NCBI GenBank assembly: GCA_016926835.1
Contig: JAFGNX010000038.1
Span: forward strand, 1-42,259
DNA: 42,259 bases
Reading direction: 5' to 3'
Source: Candidatus Aminicenantes bacterium
GTDB taxonomy: Bacteria > Acidobacteriota > Aminicenantia > UBA2199
This document shows, piece by piece, positions 1 to 9,294 of this stretch. Position numbers and translations under genes: made by a program. Below the pieces are notes generated by a model. The model was not told where the DNA came from, did no database searches, and was given only the letters and a program-made list of their open reading frames with translations. The number at the start of each line of letters is the position of its first letter. Position 1 is the stretch's first letter.

Positions 1-671
1 GCGCCGATGCCGAATATATCTACGATATTGATGATTCCCAACCCCCGGACTTCGATCCATTGCTTGATTTTTTCAATGGATCTGCCCACCGGCTGGTCAT
101 AGGGATCCAGGTAGAATTCAATCAGGTCGTCGGATACCAGTTGATGACCCTTGTTGACCAGCTCAAGCGCGGATTCACTCTTGCCGATACCGGAATCACC
201 GGTCAGCAGGGTTCCCACGCCTTTTACGTCGAGAAGAACTCCGTTAATGCGGATTTTCTGGGAAAAATGACGGTACAAAAACGAAGAAAGTCTCGAAACC
301 AGTACCGAGGTTTTCAGACCCGAAACCATTACCGGCGTGTGGTAGCGTTGGGCTGCGTCAACCAGTTCCCTGGAGCAGGTCTGCCCGTCAGAAATGATCA
401 GGCCGGGAATGCGGGCGGCAAAAAACTGTCGCAGGCGTTTTTCCTGTTCAGGCGGATCCAGCTGGTTGATGTAGCCGACTTCGGTTTTTCCGAATATCTG
501 AATGCGCAATTTGTTTAGGTAGCGGTGGTATCCGGCCAGGGCCAGGCTCGGCCGCTGGGGGCGGGGATGGCGGGTCAGGTTGTCGAGCCACCGGTCATTA
601 TGGATCTGACGAATATCCAGATCTTTGTGAATTCCGATTTCCCTTAACTCGATCCCGGTTTTTTTAATCAT
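1..671 (-). CDS. hprK: HPr kinase/phosphorylase, N-terminal ~223 codons (gene runs off the left window edge)
   Basis: Absent from the ORF track because it is open at the edge. My translation from ATG 671 reads MIKKTGIELREIG...GVLLDVKGVGTLLTGDSGIGKSESALELVNKGHQLVSDD...IEVRGLGIINI. This carries the HprK Walker A (GDSGIGKS) and the EVRGLGII signature. The start overlaps the ptsN stop (ATGATTAA). Confidence 0.85.
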   Translation of the reverse strand, partial: MIKKTGIELREIGIHKDLDIRQIHNDRWLDNLTRHPRPQRPSLALAGYHRYLNKLRIQIFGKTEVGYINQLDPPEQEKRLRQFFAARIPGLIISDGQTCSRELVDAAQRYHTPVMVSGLKTSVLVSRLSSFLYRHFSQKIRINGVLLDVKGVGTLLTGDSGIGKSESALELVNKGHQLVSDDLIEFYLDPYDQPVGRSIEKIKQWIEVRGLGIINIVDIFGIG

Positions 672-1131
672 TGTCACTTTCGTTGCGGCGGATAATCTCC
701 ATGACGCCTTCACGGGTATCCGCATTCAGGATGTCGCGGACCAGGTTCCTGGAATGTTTGATCAGCGATGCGGCTGCAGCCAGAATCTGTAGGTGAACAA
801 TTGGTGATTCAGTGGGTGAAAGAATAAGAATGGCCAGGTGGACCCGTTCTTTGTCTCCTTCACTGTACCGGATGCCTTTTCGGGATACGGCGATGAAAAC
901 TATGGGGGATTGCAAGCCGTGCACTTTTGTGTGTGGAACCGCAGCGTGATTGCCGATCGAGGTGGAACCCATGTTCTCACGTTCCAAAAGTTTCCGGATA
1001 ATGCGCTGATCGTCGACGACCAGGCCCATGCCAGCCAGTTCGGAAATCATCTCAGCCAGTAATGTTTCCCGGCTGTCGGCGCCGCAGTTGACCTTGATAA
1101 ATTCAGGTTTTAGAATGCTGGTAAGTTTCAC
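664..1131 (-). CDS. ptsN: PTS EIIA-Ntr type nitrogen regulatory protein
   Basis: 155-aa ORF with an EIIA(Fru/Ntr) fold pattern and the phospho-His context GNHAAVPHTK. It occupies the canonical position after rpoN-hpf. Confidence 0.85.
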   Translation of the reverse strand: MKLTSILKPEFIKVNCGADSRETLLAEMISELAGMGLVVDDQRIIRKLLERENMGSTSIGNHAAVPHTKVHGLQSPIVFIAVSRKGIRYSEGDKERVHLAILILSPTESPIVHLQILAAAASLIKHSRNLVRDILNADTREGVMEIIRRNESDND

Positions 1132-1136
1132 GTTTC

Positions 1137-1679
1137 CTACTGATTCGCTTCAATGATGGAAAGCTTGTTTTCCCGGTTGCGATAAAGGACGGCTACGTTG
1201 TTTGTGTCCGCGTTGATAAAGAGATAGGCGTTATCATTGCTTTCGCGCAGAAAGAACGCGGCCTCTTCCAGTGAAAGCGGTTTTGGCGAGAAATTACGTG
1301 AGACAGTGATGGCTTCGGGAAACGAATCGGTTTCCGGACCCGGGGAAGTGTTTCCCGGAGAAATGATGCTGTCTGCCCGTTTTGCCCGTTTCTTTTCTTC
1401 CTTGATTTTTTCCTTGTTTTTCTTGGCCTGGGCTTTAAAAGTATTGATGATATTGCGCAAAGCCTGTTTCAGGATGGGATCCTGGCCATCGATATGGTAT
1501 GAAAAGTTCCTGGTTTTTACACTTAACTCAGCCCGATAGCCGAGTTTTTCCCCATGAACAATGATATCGGCCTCCATGATATCGCCACTGATGCGTTCGA
1601 TGCGGGCAAGGCTTTTTTCGACGTATGCTTTCACGGGTCCGGGGATTTTGGTGCTCTTGGCCGTAAAAGTAATGCTCAT
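1137..1679 (-). CDS. hpf: Ribosome hibernation promoting factor, long form
   Basis: 180 aa. It has an N-terminal S30AE/YfiA-like domain and a C-terminal dimerisation domain (LSLEEAAFFLRESNDNAYLFINADTNNVAVLYRN). It lies immediately downstream of rpoN. Confidence 0.9.
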   Translation of the reverse strand: MSITFTAKSTKIPGPVKAYVEKSLARIERISGDIMEADIIVHGEKLGYRAELSVKTRNFSYHIDGQDPILKQALRNIINTFKAQAKKNKEKIKEEKKRAKRADSIISPGNTSPGPETDSFPEAITVSRNFSPKPLSLEEAAFFLRESNDNAYLFINADTNNVAVLYRNRENKLSIIEANQ

Positions 1680-1680
1680 G

Positions 1681-3084
1681 TTATTCTCCTTTTAGCTTGT
1701 ATTCTTCGCGCCGTTTTGAGGAATTCTGCAAATTCAATTCCTCACGGTAGTTGCGTATGGTTCTGCGTGAGATGCGGATGCCCAGACGGTTTAACTGCTC
1801 AGCGATCAGTTGGTCAGACAGTGGATGTTCATGGGGTTCGGCTTCGATAATGCGCTGAATTTTTTCCTTGACTGTTTCAACCGAGTGCTTGAAACCGAAT
1901 TCGCCTTTGATTCCATATGAAAAAAAGCTGCGCAGGGAAATCAGCCCGCGGTCTGAGGCCATGAACTTGTTTTTAACCGCCCGGGAGATGGTGGATTCAT
2001 TGTAATTCAGCGCCTGGGCCACTTCCTTCATGGTCAGGGGTTTTTTCCACTTGAGGCCGAAATCAAGAAAATCTTTCTGTTGAGACACCAGGAATTCCGC
2101 GATGCGCACGATCATTTTTTTGCGCAGTTCAAGCCCGTCGATAAACAGGGTGGCATTGCGTTGGCGGTCCTTTAAATAGGAGCGTGTTTTCCGGTCCAGC
2201 GGTTTCTCCAGCATTTCCTGGTAGTATGAAGAGATGAGCAGCCGGGGCATACCCTCTTCTATATACCGGACATGGTATCCCTGTTCGTCTTTGATCAACA
2301 GCAAGTCTACTTCAGCGTATTCAATATCACTATCTTCAAAGCGGGAAGCCGGCCGGGGATTCAGCCGGCGCAAGCGCTCAATCAAGCGGTTCAACTCATC
2401 CGGGTTTATCTCGAGCTGTTTCATGATCTCTTCGTATCTGGATCGTGCAAGGTCATCCAGATGCGAACGGATTAATTGACGCAGTTTGTCGTTCTCCGGG
2501 CTTTCCGGAACCTGGGCCAGCAGGCATTCGCTCAGTGACCGCGATGCTGATCCCTGGGGGTCAAAACCGGTAATGCGCCGGCGGATCTCTTCAATGGTTT
2601 CCGGTGTAGTCCCCAATGCACTGGCGGCGGATTCGATCAGCAAGTCCAGGTAGCCGTCATTGTTCAGGTTGAAAATGATGTGACGGGCGATACGCAAATC
2701 TTCCGGTGAAAATTCGGTTCTGGCCTGCTCCATGAGGTGATCCGCAAGGTCTTCTTTTTCCGTGCTGAACAACTCAATGGCACGGTTTTTGTCGATACGG
2801 TCCGGATCCGGTTTCAGGAATCCGTTTTCTTCGTAGTGAGAAACAAATGAATCATCGGCCTTTTTTAATTTCTGCTCAAGAAGGTTGGTTTCGTCTTCTT
2901 TGGAAGCGCCTTCAGCATCTCTGGAAATCGGATCATCCACTTCGAGCATGGGATTCGAATCCACTTCATTCTGGATGCGCTCCATAAATTCAAGTCGATT
3001 CAAGGGGAGGAGTTCCAGAAAGGTATGAACCACGGGATTGAGAACAAGGCTGGTGGTTTGCTTGAGATGGAGTCGTGTACCCAT
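1681..3084 (-). CDS. rpoN: RNA polymerase sigma-54 factor
   Basis: 467 aa. The N-terminus reads LKQTTSLVLNPVVHTFLELL. The C-terminal HTH and RpoN-box-like region reads ISRRTIRNYREEL. Confidence 0.95.
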   Translation of the reverse strand: MGTRLHLKQTTSLVLNPVVHTFLELLPLNRLEFMERIQNEVDSNPMLEVDDPISRDAEGASKEDETNLLEQKLKKADDSFVSHYEENGFLKPDPDRIDKNRAIELFSTEKEDLADHLMEQARTEFSPEDLRIARHIIFNLNNDGYLDLLIESAASALGTTPETIEEIRRRITGFDPQGSASRSLSECLLAQVPESPENDKLRQLIRSHLDDLARSRYEEIMKQLEINPDELNRLIERLRRLNPRPASRFEDSDIEYAEVDLLLIKDEQGYHVRYIEEGMPRLLISSYYQEMLEKPLDRKTRSYLKDRQRNATLFIDGLELRKKMIVRIAEFLVSQQKDFLDFGLKWKKPLTMKEVAQALNYNESTISRAVKNKFMASDRGLISLRSFFSYGIKGEFGFKHSVETVKEKIQRIIEAEPHEHPLSDQLIAEQLNRLGIRISRRTIRNYREELNLQNSSKRREEYKLKGE

Positions 3085-3085
3085 G

Positions 3086-3802
3086 TCAATTCCACCGGAA
3101 ATCCCGGCCCAGGTATTCGGATTTTACCCGCTCATCACGGATCAGGGCGGAAGAGTCACCGTGAAAAATCACATTGCCGCGGTTGATAATATACGAACGG
3201 TCCGTAATTTTCAGGATTTCGCGAACATTGTGGTCGGTAATGATGATTCCCATACCCCGTTCGCGCAACTCCAGGATCAGCCGTTGCAGTTCGGTGATCT
3301 GCAACGGGTCGATGCCGGCAAAGGGTTCGTCCAGTAAGAGAAAATCCGGTGTGAGGATCAGGGCGCGGGCAATCTCCAGCCGGCGGCGTTCTCCGCCGGA
3401 GAGCAAAGCGGCACGCCGATGCTCAAGCCGGGTCAGTTTCATTTCACTCAAGGCGTCATCGACTGAGGTTTTATTCAGGTGGCGGTGCATCTCCACTACG
3501 GCAGACAGGTTGTCCCGAACCGTCATGTTACGGAATATCGACGGTTCCTGCGGAAGGAAGGCGATCCCCAGGCGTGCGCGGGAATAGACGGGCTGACGCG
3601 TGATATCTTCGCCGTTCAAGTGGATGGAACCGGTCTCCGGGGATAACATCCCCAGCATGAGACGGAATGTGGTGGTTTTTCCGGCTCCGTTCGGCCCCAG
3701 GAGACCAATGACTTCTCTGGCACGGACCGATAAATCGATCTCTTTGACCACCTGTCTCCCCTTGAACGATTTACTTATTCGTATCCCTTCCAATATCTTC
3801 AT
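3086..3802 (-). CDS. lptB: LPS export ABC transporter ATP-binding protein
   Basis: 238 aa. Walker A GPNGAGKTT, ABC signature LSGGERRRLEIARAL and Walker B LLLDEP are present. It is the first gene of the rpoN operon, as in many diderms. Confidence 0.9.
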   Translation of the reverse strand: MKILEGIRISKSFKGRQVVKEIDLSVRAREVIGLLGPNGAGKTTTFRLMLGMLSPETGSIHLNGEDITRQPVYSRARLGIAFLPQEPSIFRNMTVRDNLSAVVEMHRHLNKTSVDDALSEMKLTRLEHRRAALLSGGERRRLEIARALILTPDFLLLDEPFAGIDPLQITELQRLILELRERGMGIIITDHNVREILKITDRSYIINRGNVIFHGDSSALIRDERVKSEYLGRDFRWN

Positions 3803-3836
3803 TGATCACAGTTGAAGTGGCGCGAAACAGATATAA

Positions 3837-3865
3837 ATTCTATCATCGGGTCCCATTCCTGTCAA
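3837..3865 (-). promoter_or_regulatory. Sigma-70-type promoter of the lptB-rpoN-hpf-ptsN-hprK operon
   Basis: The minus strand reads TTGACA (3865-3860), a 17-nt spacer ending in TGa, then TAGAAT (3842-3837). It lies about 35 nt upstream of the lptB ATG. Confidence 0.5.
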
Positions 3866-3874
3866 CAAACCGCC

Positions 3875-3897
3875 CCGGAGGCTTTTGACGGCTCCGG
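3875..3897 (-). terminator. Weak hairpin downstream of the hldA-like gene
   Basis: CCGGAG / CTCCGG 6-bp stem with an 11-nt loop, followed on the minus strand by GGCGGTTTGTT. The T tract is poor. Confidence 0.25.
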
Positions 3898-3974
3898 TTG
3901 GTTCAGGCAGTTCTGGAAATGGCCGCTGAACCGCGAGCACCATTTACTTATATAGCCTAATCCGATGGAAATAT

Positions 3975-4952
3975 CTACCTGATGGTGGATTGGGAGTGAT
4001 CCAGGATGCGTTGGCGCAGTTCCCCGGGAGAAACCGTGGCGGTACCGACCTTTTCCACAACCAGTGACGCGGCGGCATTGGCGAGGATAACCGCTTCACG
4101 CAGGGCGGCGCCGGATGACAAAGCCAGAACCAACACGGCCGTCACGGTATCTCCCGCGCCCGTGACGTCGTACACTTCATGCGCCCAGGCGGGTATGTGA
4201 AAACATTGTCGGCGATGTTCGGCGGCGGTGATGCCCTCTTCTCCGCGAGTAATCATTGCGAAACGGCATGAAAAGCGACGCTGAAGAAGACGGGCGGCTT
4301 TTTCGGGGTTGTGAATGGGTTCACCCAGTAATTTTTCGCTTTCTGTCAAATTGGGCGTAATCCCGGTTACACCGTTGTACAGATGAGCGTTGGCCGGTTT
4401 GGGGTCCACTACCAGAGGAATGCCGGAAATGGAGGCCAGTTTATGCAGGTTGCGCATGAGGCTGGAAGTCACGGTCCCCTTGGCGTAGTCCGAAACCAGG
4501 ACTGCATCAGTTGATACGGCTTTCAAACCGGCAGAAAGCTGCTTCATGGCCAGGGGAGAAATGCAAGCTGCCGGAAGCTCATGGTCAATCCGCACGATCT
4601 GTTGCCGGAAAGACAAAACACGTGTCTTGGTAATGGTGGAATAACCGGGATCCGAGATCACCAGATCCTGATCCGGCATGAGCGTGCGAAAAGCCCGGCC
4701 CGATTCATCATGGCCCAATACGCCCAAGAGCTGCACAGACGCTCCGAGTGCAATGATGTTGGCTGCCACATTGCCGGCTCCACCCGGGCGGATTTCTTCT
4801 CTCTGGACATGCAGAACGGGGACCGGGGCCTCCGGAGAAATGCGCTCTACACGGCCGAAAAGGTAACGATCCAGGATCAGGTCTCCCGCGACAAGTACGT
4901 GGCGGTCGGAAAAAGCGGTCAGCAGTTCATCCAGTCGTTTGCGTGGGATCAT
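3975..4952 (-). CDS. hldA: D-glycero-beta-D-manno-heptose-7-phosphate kinase (RfaE domain I / pfkB family)
   Basis: From MIPRKRLDELL the sequence reads VLVAGDLILDRYLFGRVERISPEAPVPVL...GGAGNVAANI...DVTGAGDT. The ATG overlaps the upstream gene's stop (TGATG). The ORF-track start at 5060 is probably too long. Confidence 0.75.
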   Translation of the reverse strand: MIPRKRLDELLTAFSDRHVLVAGDLILDRYLFGRVERISPEAPVPVLHVQREEIRPGGAGNVAANIIALGASVQLLGVLGHDESGRAFRTLMPDQDLVISDPGYSTITKTRVLSFRQQIVRIDHELPAACISPLAMKQLSAGLKAVSTDAVLVSDYAKGTVTSSLMRNLHKLASISGIPLVVDPKPANAHLYNGVTGITPNLTESEKLLGEPIHNPEKAARLLQRRFSCRFAMITRGEEGITAAEHRRQCFHIPAWAHEVYDVTGAGDTVTAVLVLALSSGAALREAVILANAAASLVVEKVGTATVSPGELRQRILDHSQSTIR

Positions 4953-6151
4953 CAGGCCTCCGTTCCGGTATGGCATTGAATGGCCTCGGGACTCAACGCG
5001 GACACAAAAGGCAGAGAGATTATGAACATGAACAGGAACTGGATTTCCGTATCCCCCCAATTGTATTCAAACAAACCCGATACCAGAAAAGCGACCCCAA
5101 CGAAAAGAGCGGCGGTTGCGGTGCGGCGCTGCAGAGCGCCGCCGTGTCGTCGTAACTGCAGCAGGGACAGCAAAAGGGAAACGAAAAACATGACCAGCAC
5201 AAGAGCGGCCGGCAGTCCACGCTCCGCCAGGATGTGCAGGAAGTTGTTGTGAAGGTGCGGGTTGTCCTGCTTCGCGTCCGGGTGGCGATAATCGGAATAT
5301 ATCAGTTTGATGGTGTCGGGGCCGGAACCCGTGAGCGGATGGTCCAGAAAGATCCGCCAACCCGTATACACCATATGGATGCGATCACGGTTTGTGGGGT
5401 CCGACGGGTCCGCCACGGACCGGATGCGGTCGGATACGGAATGGGGCAGCAGCATCCATATGACGACCATCAGCGGTGTCATCGCCAGTAAGATTCTGGG
5501 ACGCCGTGCCACAATATACAGAATCATGGCAACAGCTGTTCCCACCCACATTGAGCGGGTCAGGGACAACAGGATCGCCGTCAAAATCACAAGCAGTGCG
5601 GCCGCGATCAGGCCGCGGCGACGCAGTAACGTTTCTCCCGGTTGCATGATCCAGACTGAGAAAAACACGAAAACCATCATCAGCAGGCCGGACCAGGTCA
5701 TCCAGTGTGAGGTAAGGCCACGCAGGCGGTGATCAAGGCTGATTCCACTGCGTGCCGCCATTGCAATGCCCAGCAGAGCGGAAAATACAGCAGAAATGAG
5801 CACGATGGACAGGCAGATGCGCAAGCGCCGGGGAGAGCAAAGCATTTTTTGGAAAACAGGGATCAACAGGAAAACCAGGAGTTCACGGTTGTCCGCCAGG
5901 CTGGTAAGGGGACTTCGGGAACACATTGTGGAGATCAGGGTGATTGCGGCGAATGTCAACAGCCAGAACGCGTAGGGAGGAATGGGAAAGAGAGATTCTC
6001 CCCGCAGAAGTGAGACGATCCAAACGGCCAGCAGCAGGCTGAACAGCAGTGAGCAGGCGGCCATGGAAAAGGGGATCATGAACAAGGCCAGCAACAGGGT
6101 CCACCATGCGGGTTCAGCGGATATACTGAAATACGGCTTTAAGGACGTCAT
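4952..6151 (-). CDS. O-antigen ligase / Wzy_C family polytopic membrane protein
   Basis: About 10-12 predicted TM segments plus a loop with RSMWVG...HNNFLHILAERG, typical of the O-antigen ligase family. The start is uncertain (6187, 6151 or 6079). Confidence 0.65.
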   Translation of the reverse strand: MTSLKPYFSISAEPAWWTLLLALFMIPFSMAACSLLFSLLLAVWIVSLLRGESLFPIPPYAFWLLTFAAITLISTMCSRSPLTSLADNRELLVFLLIPVFQKMLCSPRRLRICLSIVLISAVFSALLGIAMAARSGISLDHRLRGLTSHWMTWSGLLMMVFVFFSVWIMQPGETLLRRRGLIAAALLVILTAILLSLTRSMWVGTAVAMILYIVARRPRILLAMTPLMVVIWMLLPHSVSDRIRSVADPSDPTNRDRIHMVYTGWRIFLDHPLTGSGPDTIKLIYSDYRHPDAKQDNPHLHNNFLHILAERGLPAALVLVMFFVSLLLSLLQLRRHGGALQRRTATAALFVGVAFLVSGLFEYNWGDTEIQFLFMFIISLPFVSALSPEAIQCHTGTEA

Positions 6152-7160
6152 CGGGCGAAATCTCCTGCATGCATCGGATTGTATCATAGCGGCAGCGGCG
6201 CTGCGAGCAGGGACGGCAGGGCAGGTCGGCCTGGAGAATGGTTACTTTCCGGCTGCGCCAGGGGCCGCTGACGGCGGGTAGATTCGGTCCGTACAAAGCC
6301 ACCAGCGGAGTCTTTGTCAGCGAAGCCAGGTGAAGGGGACCCGAATCCACTCCGACATAAGCGCCAGACAGGGAAACCAGGGAGAGAATGCCCGGCAGCG
6401 AAAGTTTTCCCGTCAAGTTGTCCAGGGGGTGGCACGCGGCCAACCGGGAGGCGGTGGCGCGCTCCTCGACGGAATGCCCGATCAGCGCTACATGCAGGCC
6501 CCTGTCAATTAATCCCCGGGTCAGGGCGTGAAAATGAGGAAAGCCCCAGTTGCGAAAGCGGTTTCCCGCGCCTACATGAATTACGACCCGGGTGGGATCA
6601 AAAGAAACGTGAGCAGGGCCAGCCGGGTTGTCAATGCGGATGGTCGGGTAAAAAGGTATCGGCCGGTGGGGAATACCGAAATGCTCCAGCAGGCGCACTT
6701 GGTTGGCCACGGAGTGCCGCGGCATCCGCCGAGGATGGCGTCGGGTCAATCGGTTATAAGCCCAGTTGCGGTTGCGAGTGAGATAGCCGATGCGGTGAGG
6801 AACTCCGCTGATTCGGCTAAGGAGCGCGCTATGAGGACCTGAGTGAAAATCGACCGTCACGTTGCATGCCAGGCGACGAATCTGGCGCCGGAATGACAGC
6901 AACGAGGCCGGCCCGGGATGACGATCCATAACCAAGACTTCATCAACATGGGGGAAGGCACGAACGATGTCGGCGTAGGCAGGTTCCGTGAGGTACGCCA
7001 CTTTTACCCGGGGAAATCTGCGCGCAAACAACTCCAATGCCGGCAGGGTAAAGATGATGTCTCCCAAAAGCCGGGGACGCAGAAATAAAACACAATCACC
7101 GATATCCTGCGCGGAAAGAGGGCTGGATACCAGTGCAAAAGCCGATGGCGTGGGGTTCAC
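6114..7160 (-). CDS. GT9 ADP-heptose:LPS heptosyltransferase
   Basis: 348 aa. Motifs seen are [29 protein letters not shown] and the C-terminal [10 protein letters not shown]. The GTG start overlaps the trm112-like stop (GTGA). Confidence 0.8.
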   Translation of the reverse strand: MNPTPSAFALVSSPLSAQDIGDCVLFLRPRLLGDIIFTLPALELFARRFPRVKVAYLTEPAYADIVRAFPHVDEVLVMDRHPGPASLLSFRRQIRRLACNVTVDFHSGPHSALLSRISGVPHRIGYLTRNRNWAYNRLTRRHPRRMPRHSVANQVRLLEHFGIPHRPIPFYPTIRIDNPAGPAHVSFDPTRVVIHVGAGNRFRNWGFPHFHALTRGLIDRGLHVALIGHSVEERATASRLAACHPLDNLTGKLSLPGILSLVSLSGAYVGVDSGPLHLASLTKTPLVALYGPNLPAVSGPWRSRKVTILQADLPCRPCSQRRCRYDTIRCMQEISPDDVLKAVFQYIR

Positions 7161-7342
7161 TCGCCTTCTATGCGGGCTTCTTCAGGCAGCATGACGGGGA
7201 TACCGTCCCGGACCGGATAGATCCGGCGGCATTCTTGGCAGCGCAATCCCGGTGACGGGTCCAGGATTTCGTCCAGCTCCTTGTGACATACCGGGCATAC
7301 CAGGATATCCAGCAACTTTTCTGCGATGATGTGGTCGTTCAT
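7157..7342 (-). CDS. Trm112/YcaR-family small zinc-ribbon protein
   Basis: 61 aa: [14 protein letters not shown]...[24 protein letters not shown]. Confidence 0.8.
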   Translation of the reverse strand: MNDHIIAEKLLDILVCPVCHKELDEILDPSPGLRCQECRRIYPVRDGIPVMLPEEARIEGE

Positions 7343-7371
7343 TGATGCGTTTCCTCGTGAAATCCCGATTT

Positions 7372-7401
7372 ATTTTCGCATGACCCGCTGCATGAAGTCA
7401 A
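7372..7401 (-). promoter_or_regulatory. Candidate promoter of the trm112-GT9-ligase-hldA operon
   Basis: Minus strand: TTGACT (7401-7396), an 18-nt spacer ending in TGc, then GAAAAT (7377-7372). GAGGAAA lies 7 nt before the ATG. Confidence 0.3.
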
Positions 7402-7428
7402 ATCCGCAGACAAAGCACCCGGGTTGAA

Positions 7429-8448
7429 TCAGAAACGGTAACGGGGGGTGACAATGCGGTTGAACAGGTTCCAGGCGTAATTGTCGGTCATGCCGGCGAT
7501 GAAATCGATCATACGGCGTTGCTCGGAATCAGTTTCCGGCCAGGGATGGATGTAGGGGCCAGGGTTATTGTTGAGGTGATGGTGGATGGTGGAGAGGATA
7601 TGCTGAATTTTGTCTATTTCGGTTTCCGCACCTTTTACCCAGTATACCCGCTCAAAGAGGAAGTCACGCAACTGTTCAAGCGCATTGAGGATTTCCGGGC
7701 TGACGGCGATGTGATCCAGATCCACATCCAGTGTGCGGTAGATTACATCTTTGACAATCGTGTCAATGCGCTTCGCAAACGTATTGCCAAGCAGGATCCG
7801 GATCTCTCCAGGGATCTCCTCACGGGTGATCATACCCGCTCTAAGCGAATCGTCCAAGTCATGGTTGACATAGGCGATGATGTCAGACACCCGGACCACC
7901 TGACCTTCCAGGGTGGCGGGCATATCGGGATGCCCGGGAGCCAGAATGGGACCCTTGCCCTTTGAATGGCGCAGGATGCCGTCGCGGACGGGATCGGTGA
8001 GATTCAAACCTTTTCCGTGGTATTCCAGGAGGTCCACAACCCGCAGGCTCTGTTGATAATGGCGGAAGCCGTCCGGGGAAAGTTCGTCCAACACGTGCTC
8101 TCCCGCATGACCAAACGGAGTGTGCCCCAGGTCATGGCCAAGGGCAATGGCTTCGGTCAGGTCTTCGTTGATATTCAGGGCGCGTGCGATGGTTCTGGAG
8201 ATCTGGCTGACTTCCAGAGTGTGTGTCAGTCGAGTGCGGTAGTGATCTCCCTCAGGGCTGATGAACACTTGAGTTTTGCGTTTCAGGCGGCGAAAGGCCT
8301 TGGAGTGAAGGATGCGATCCCGGTCTCGCTGAAATTCGGTGCGGACGGGAGATTTGCTTTCCTGCCGCTGCTTGGAAGCCTCGCAACTGCGTGCGGCCCT
8401 GCGGTGCAGGCTCAATTCCCGTTCTTCGAGGTGCTCACGGATAATCAT
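7429..8448 (-). CDS. dgt: dGTP triphosphohydrolase-like HD-domain protein
   Basis: 339 aa. Motifs seen are FQRDRDRILHSKAFRRLKRKTQV, RLTHTLEVSQI and GHDLGHTPFGH. Confidence 0.85.
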   Translation of the reverse strand: MIIREHLEERELSLHRRAARSCEASKQRQESKSPVRTEFQRDRDRILHSKAFRRLKRKTQVFISPEGDHYRTRLTHTLEVSQISRTIARALNINEDLTEAIALGHDLGHTPFGHAGEHVLDELSPDGFRHYQQSLRVVDLLEYHGKGLNLTDPVRDGILRHSKGKGPILAPGHPDMPATLEGQVVRVSDIIAYVNHDLDDSLRAGMITREEIPGEIRILLGNTFAKRIDTIVKDVIYRTLDVDLDHIAVSPEILNALEQLRDFLFERVYWVKGAETEIDKIQHILSTIHHHLNNNPGPYIHPWPETDSEQRRMIDFIAGMTDNYAWNLFNRIVTPRYRF

Positions 8449-8453
8449 ATTTC

Positions 8454-8482
8454 ATTGTAGCTCAATCCAGCGCACGGGTAAA
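8454..8482 (-). promoter_or_regulatory. dgt promoter, apparently leaderless
   Basis: Minus strand: TTTACC (8482-8477), a 17-nt spacer, TACAAT (8459-8454), then only 5 nt before ATG 8448. Confidence 0.4.
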
Positions 8483-8494
8483 GATCGAGGCGCT

Positions 8495-8523
8495 TTGAAA
8501 CCATCGGATGGATGCTCTATAAT
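8495..8523 (+). promoter_or_regulatory. coaX promoter, apparently leaderless
   Basis: TTGAAA (8495-8500), a 17-nt spacer, consensus TATAAT (8518-8523), then 7 nt before ATG 8531. There is no room for a Shine-Dalgarno sequence. Confidence 0.5.
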
Positions 8524-8530
8524 CGCTTGT

Positions 8531-9289
8531 ATGCTACTGACGATAGACATCGGAAATACAGCGGTCGGCGCGACGGTTTTTCGCAATAGAGTTCCCATTC
8601 ACAGGTTGCGGTTTCCCACGCCCGTTTCTCAAGCACCTCGTCCCTGGGATTTCCTGTCGCAAACGTGCCGGGAGTTCAAGATCAAGGACGTCATGATTTC
8701 ATCGGTGGTTCCATGTCTGGACCGGGGCCTGGAACTGTTTCTACGGGAAGAGGGATTGACGCCGCGATTCCTGGATCATCGTACTCCCCTGGAAATCACG
8801 CTGGCGGTTGATCACCCCCATGAAGTGGGGGCGGACCGCCTGGCCGACGTGGTCGGCGCCCTGGAGTTTGCGTCTCCGCCCTTCCTGGTTGTCGATTCCG
8901 GAACCGCCCTGACCGTGGATGTGGTGGATGCCAGACTCCGCTATCTGGGCGGGGTGATAGTTCCCGGAGTGGAGCTCTCCATCCGCTGCCTGGCCGCCAA
9001 TGCCGCGCGCCTGGAAAATGTCGACTTTACTGTTCCCGAAACGCCGTTGGCGCGCAATACCGCAGATTGCATTCGGGCAGGGGTATTTTACACCCACTTG
9101 GGAGGCCTTGAACTCATTTTGCGGGAATTTCGGCACATGGTGGGGGAGAGTGCGACCGTGATCGCGACCGGAGGCGCCGCCGAATTGTTTAAAGATCGTC
9201 TGGTTGCAATCGATCGCCTGGTACCGGACTTGATCCACCTTGGTTTGCTTCGGATTCACGAAGGCTTGCGGGTTGCGGAACACGATTAG
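8531..9289 (+). CDS. coaX: Type III pantothenate kinase
   Basis: MLLTIDIGNTAVGATVF, GADRLADVVGA and VVDSGTALTVDVV are present. The ORF-track start at 8339 overlaps dgt and the promoter, so ATG 8531 is preferred. Confidence 0.9.
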   Translation: MLLTIDIGNTAVGATVFRNRVPIHRLRFPTPVSQAPRPWDFLSQTCREFKIKDVMISSVVPCLDRGLELFLREEGLTPRFLDHRTPLEITLAVDHPHEVGADRLADVVGALEFASPPFLVVDSGTALTVDVVDARLRYLGGVIVPGVELSIRCLAANAARLENVDFTVPETPLARNTADCIRAGVFYTHLGGLELILREFRHMVGESATVIATGGAAELFKDRLVAIDRLVPDLIHLGLLRIHEGLRVAEHD

Positions 9290-9294
9290 AAGCC

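Noticed and set aside
60-518. 152-aa plus-strand ORF at the left edge
   Set aside because: The opposite strand encodes a clear HprK N-terminal region with Walker A and EVRGLGII. The plus-strand ORF is its antisense shadow.
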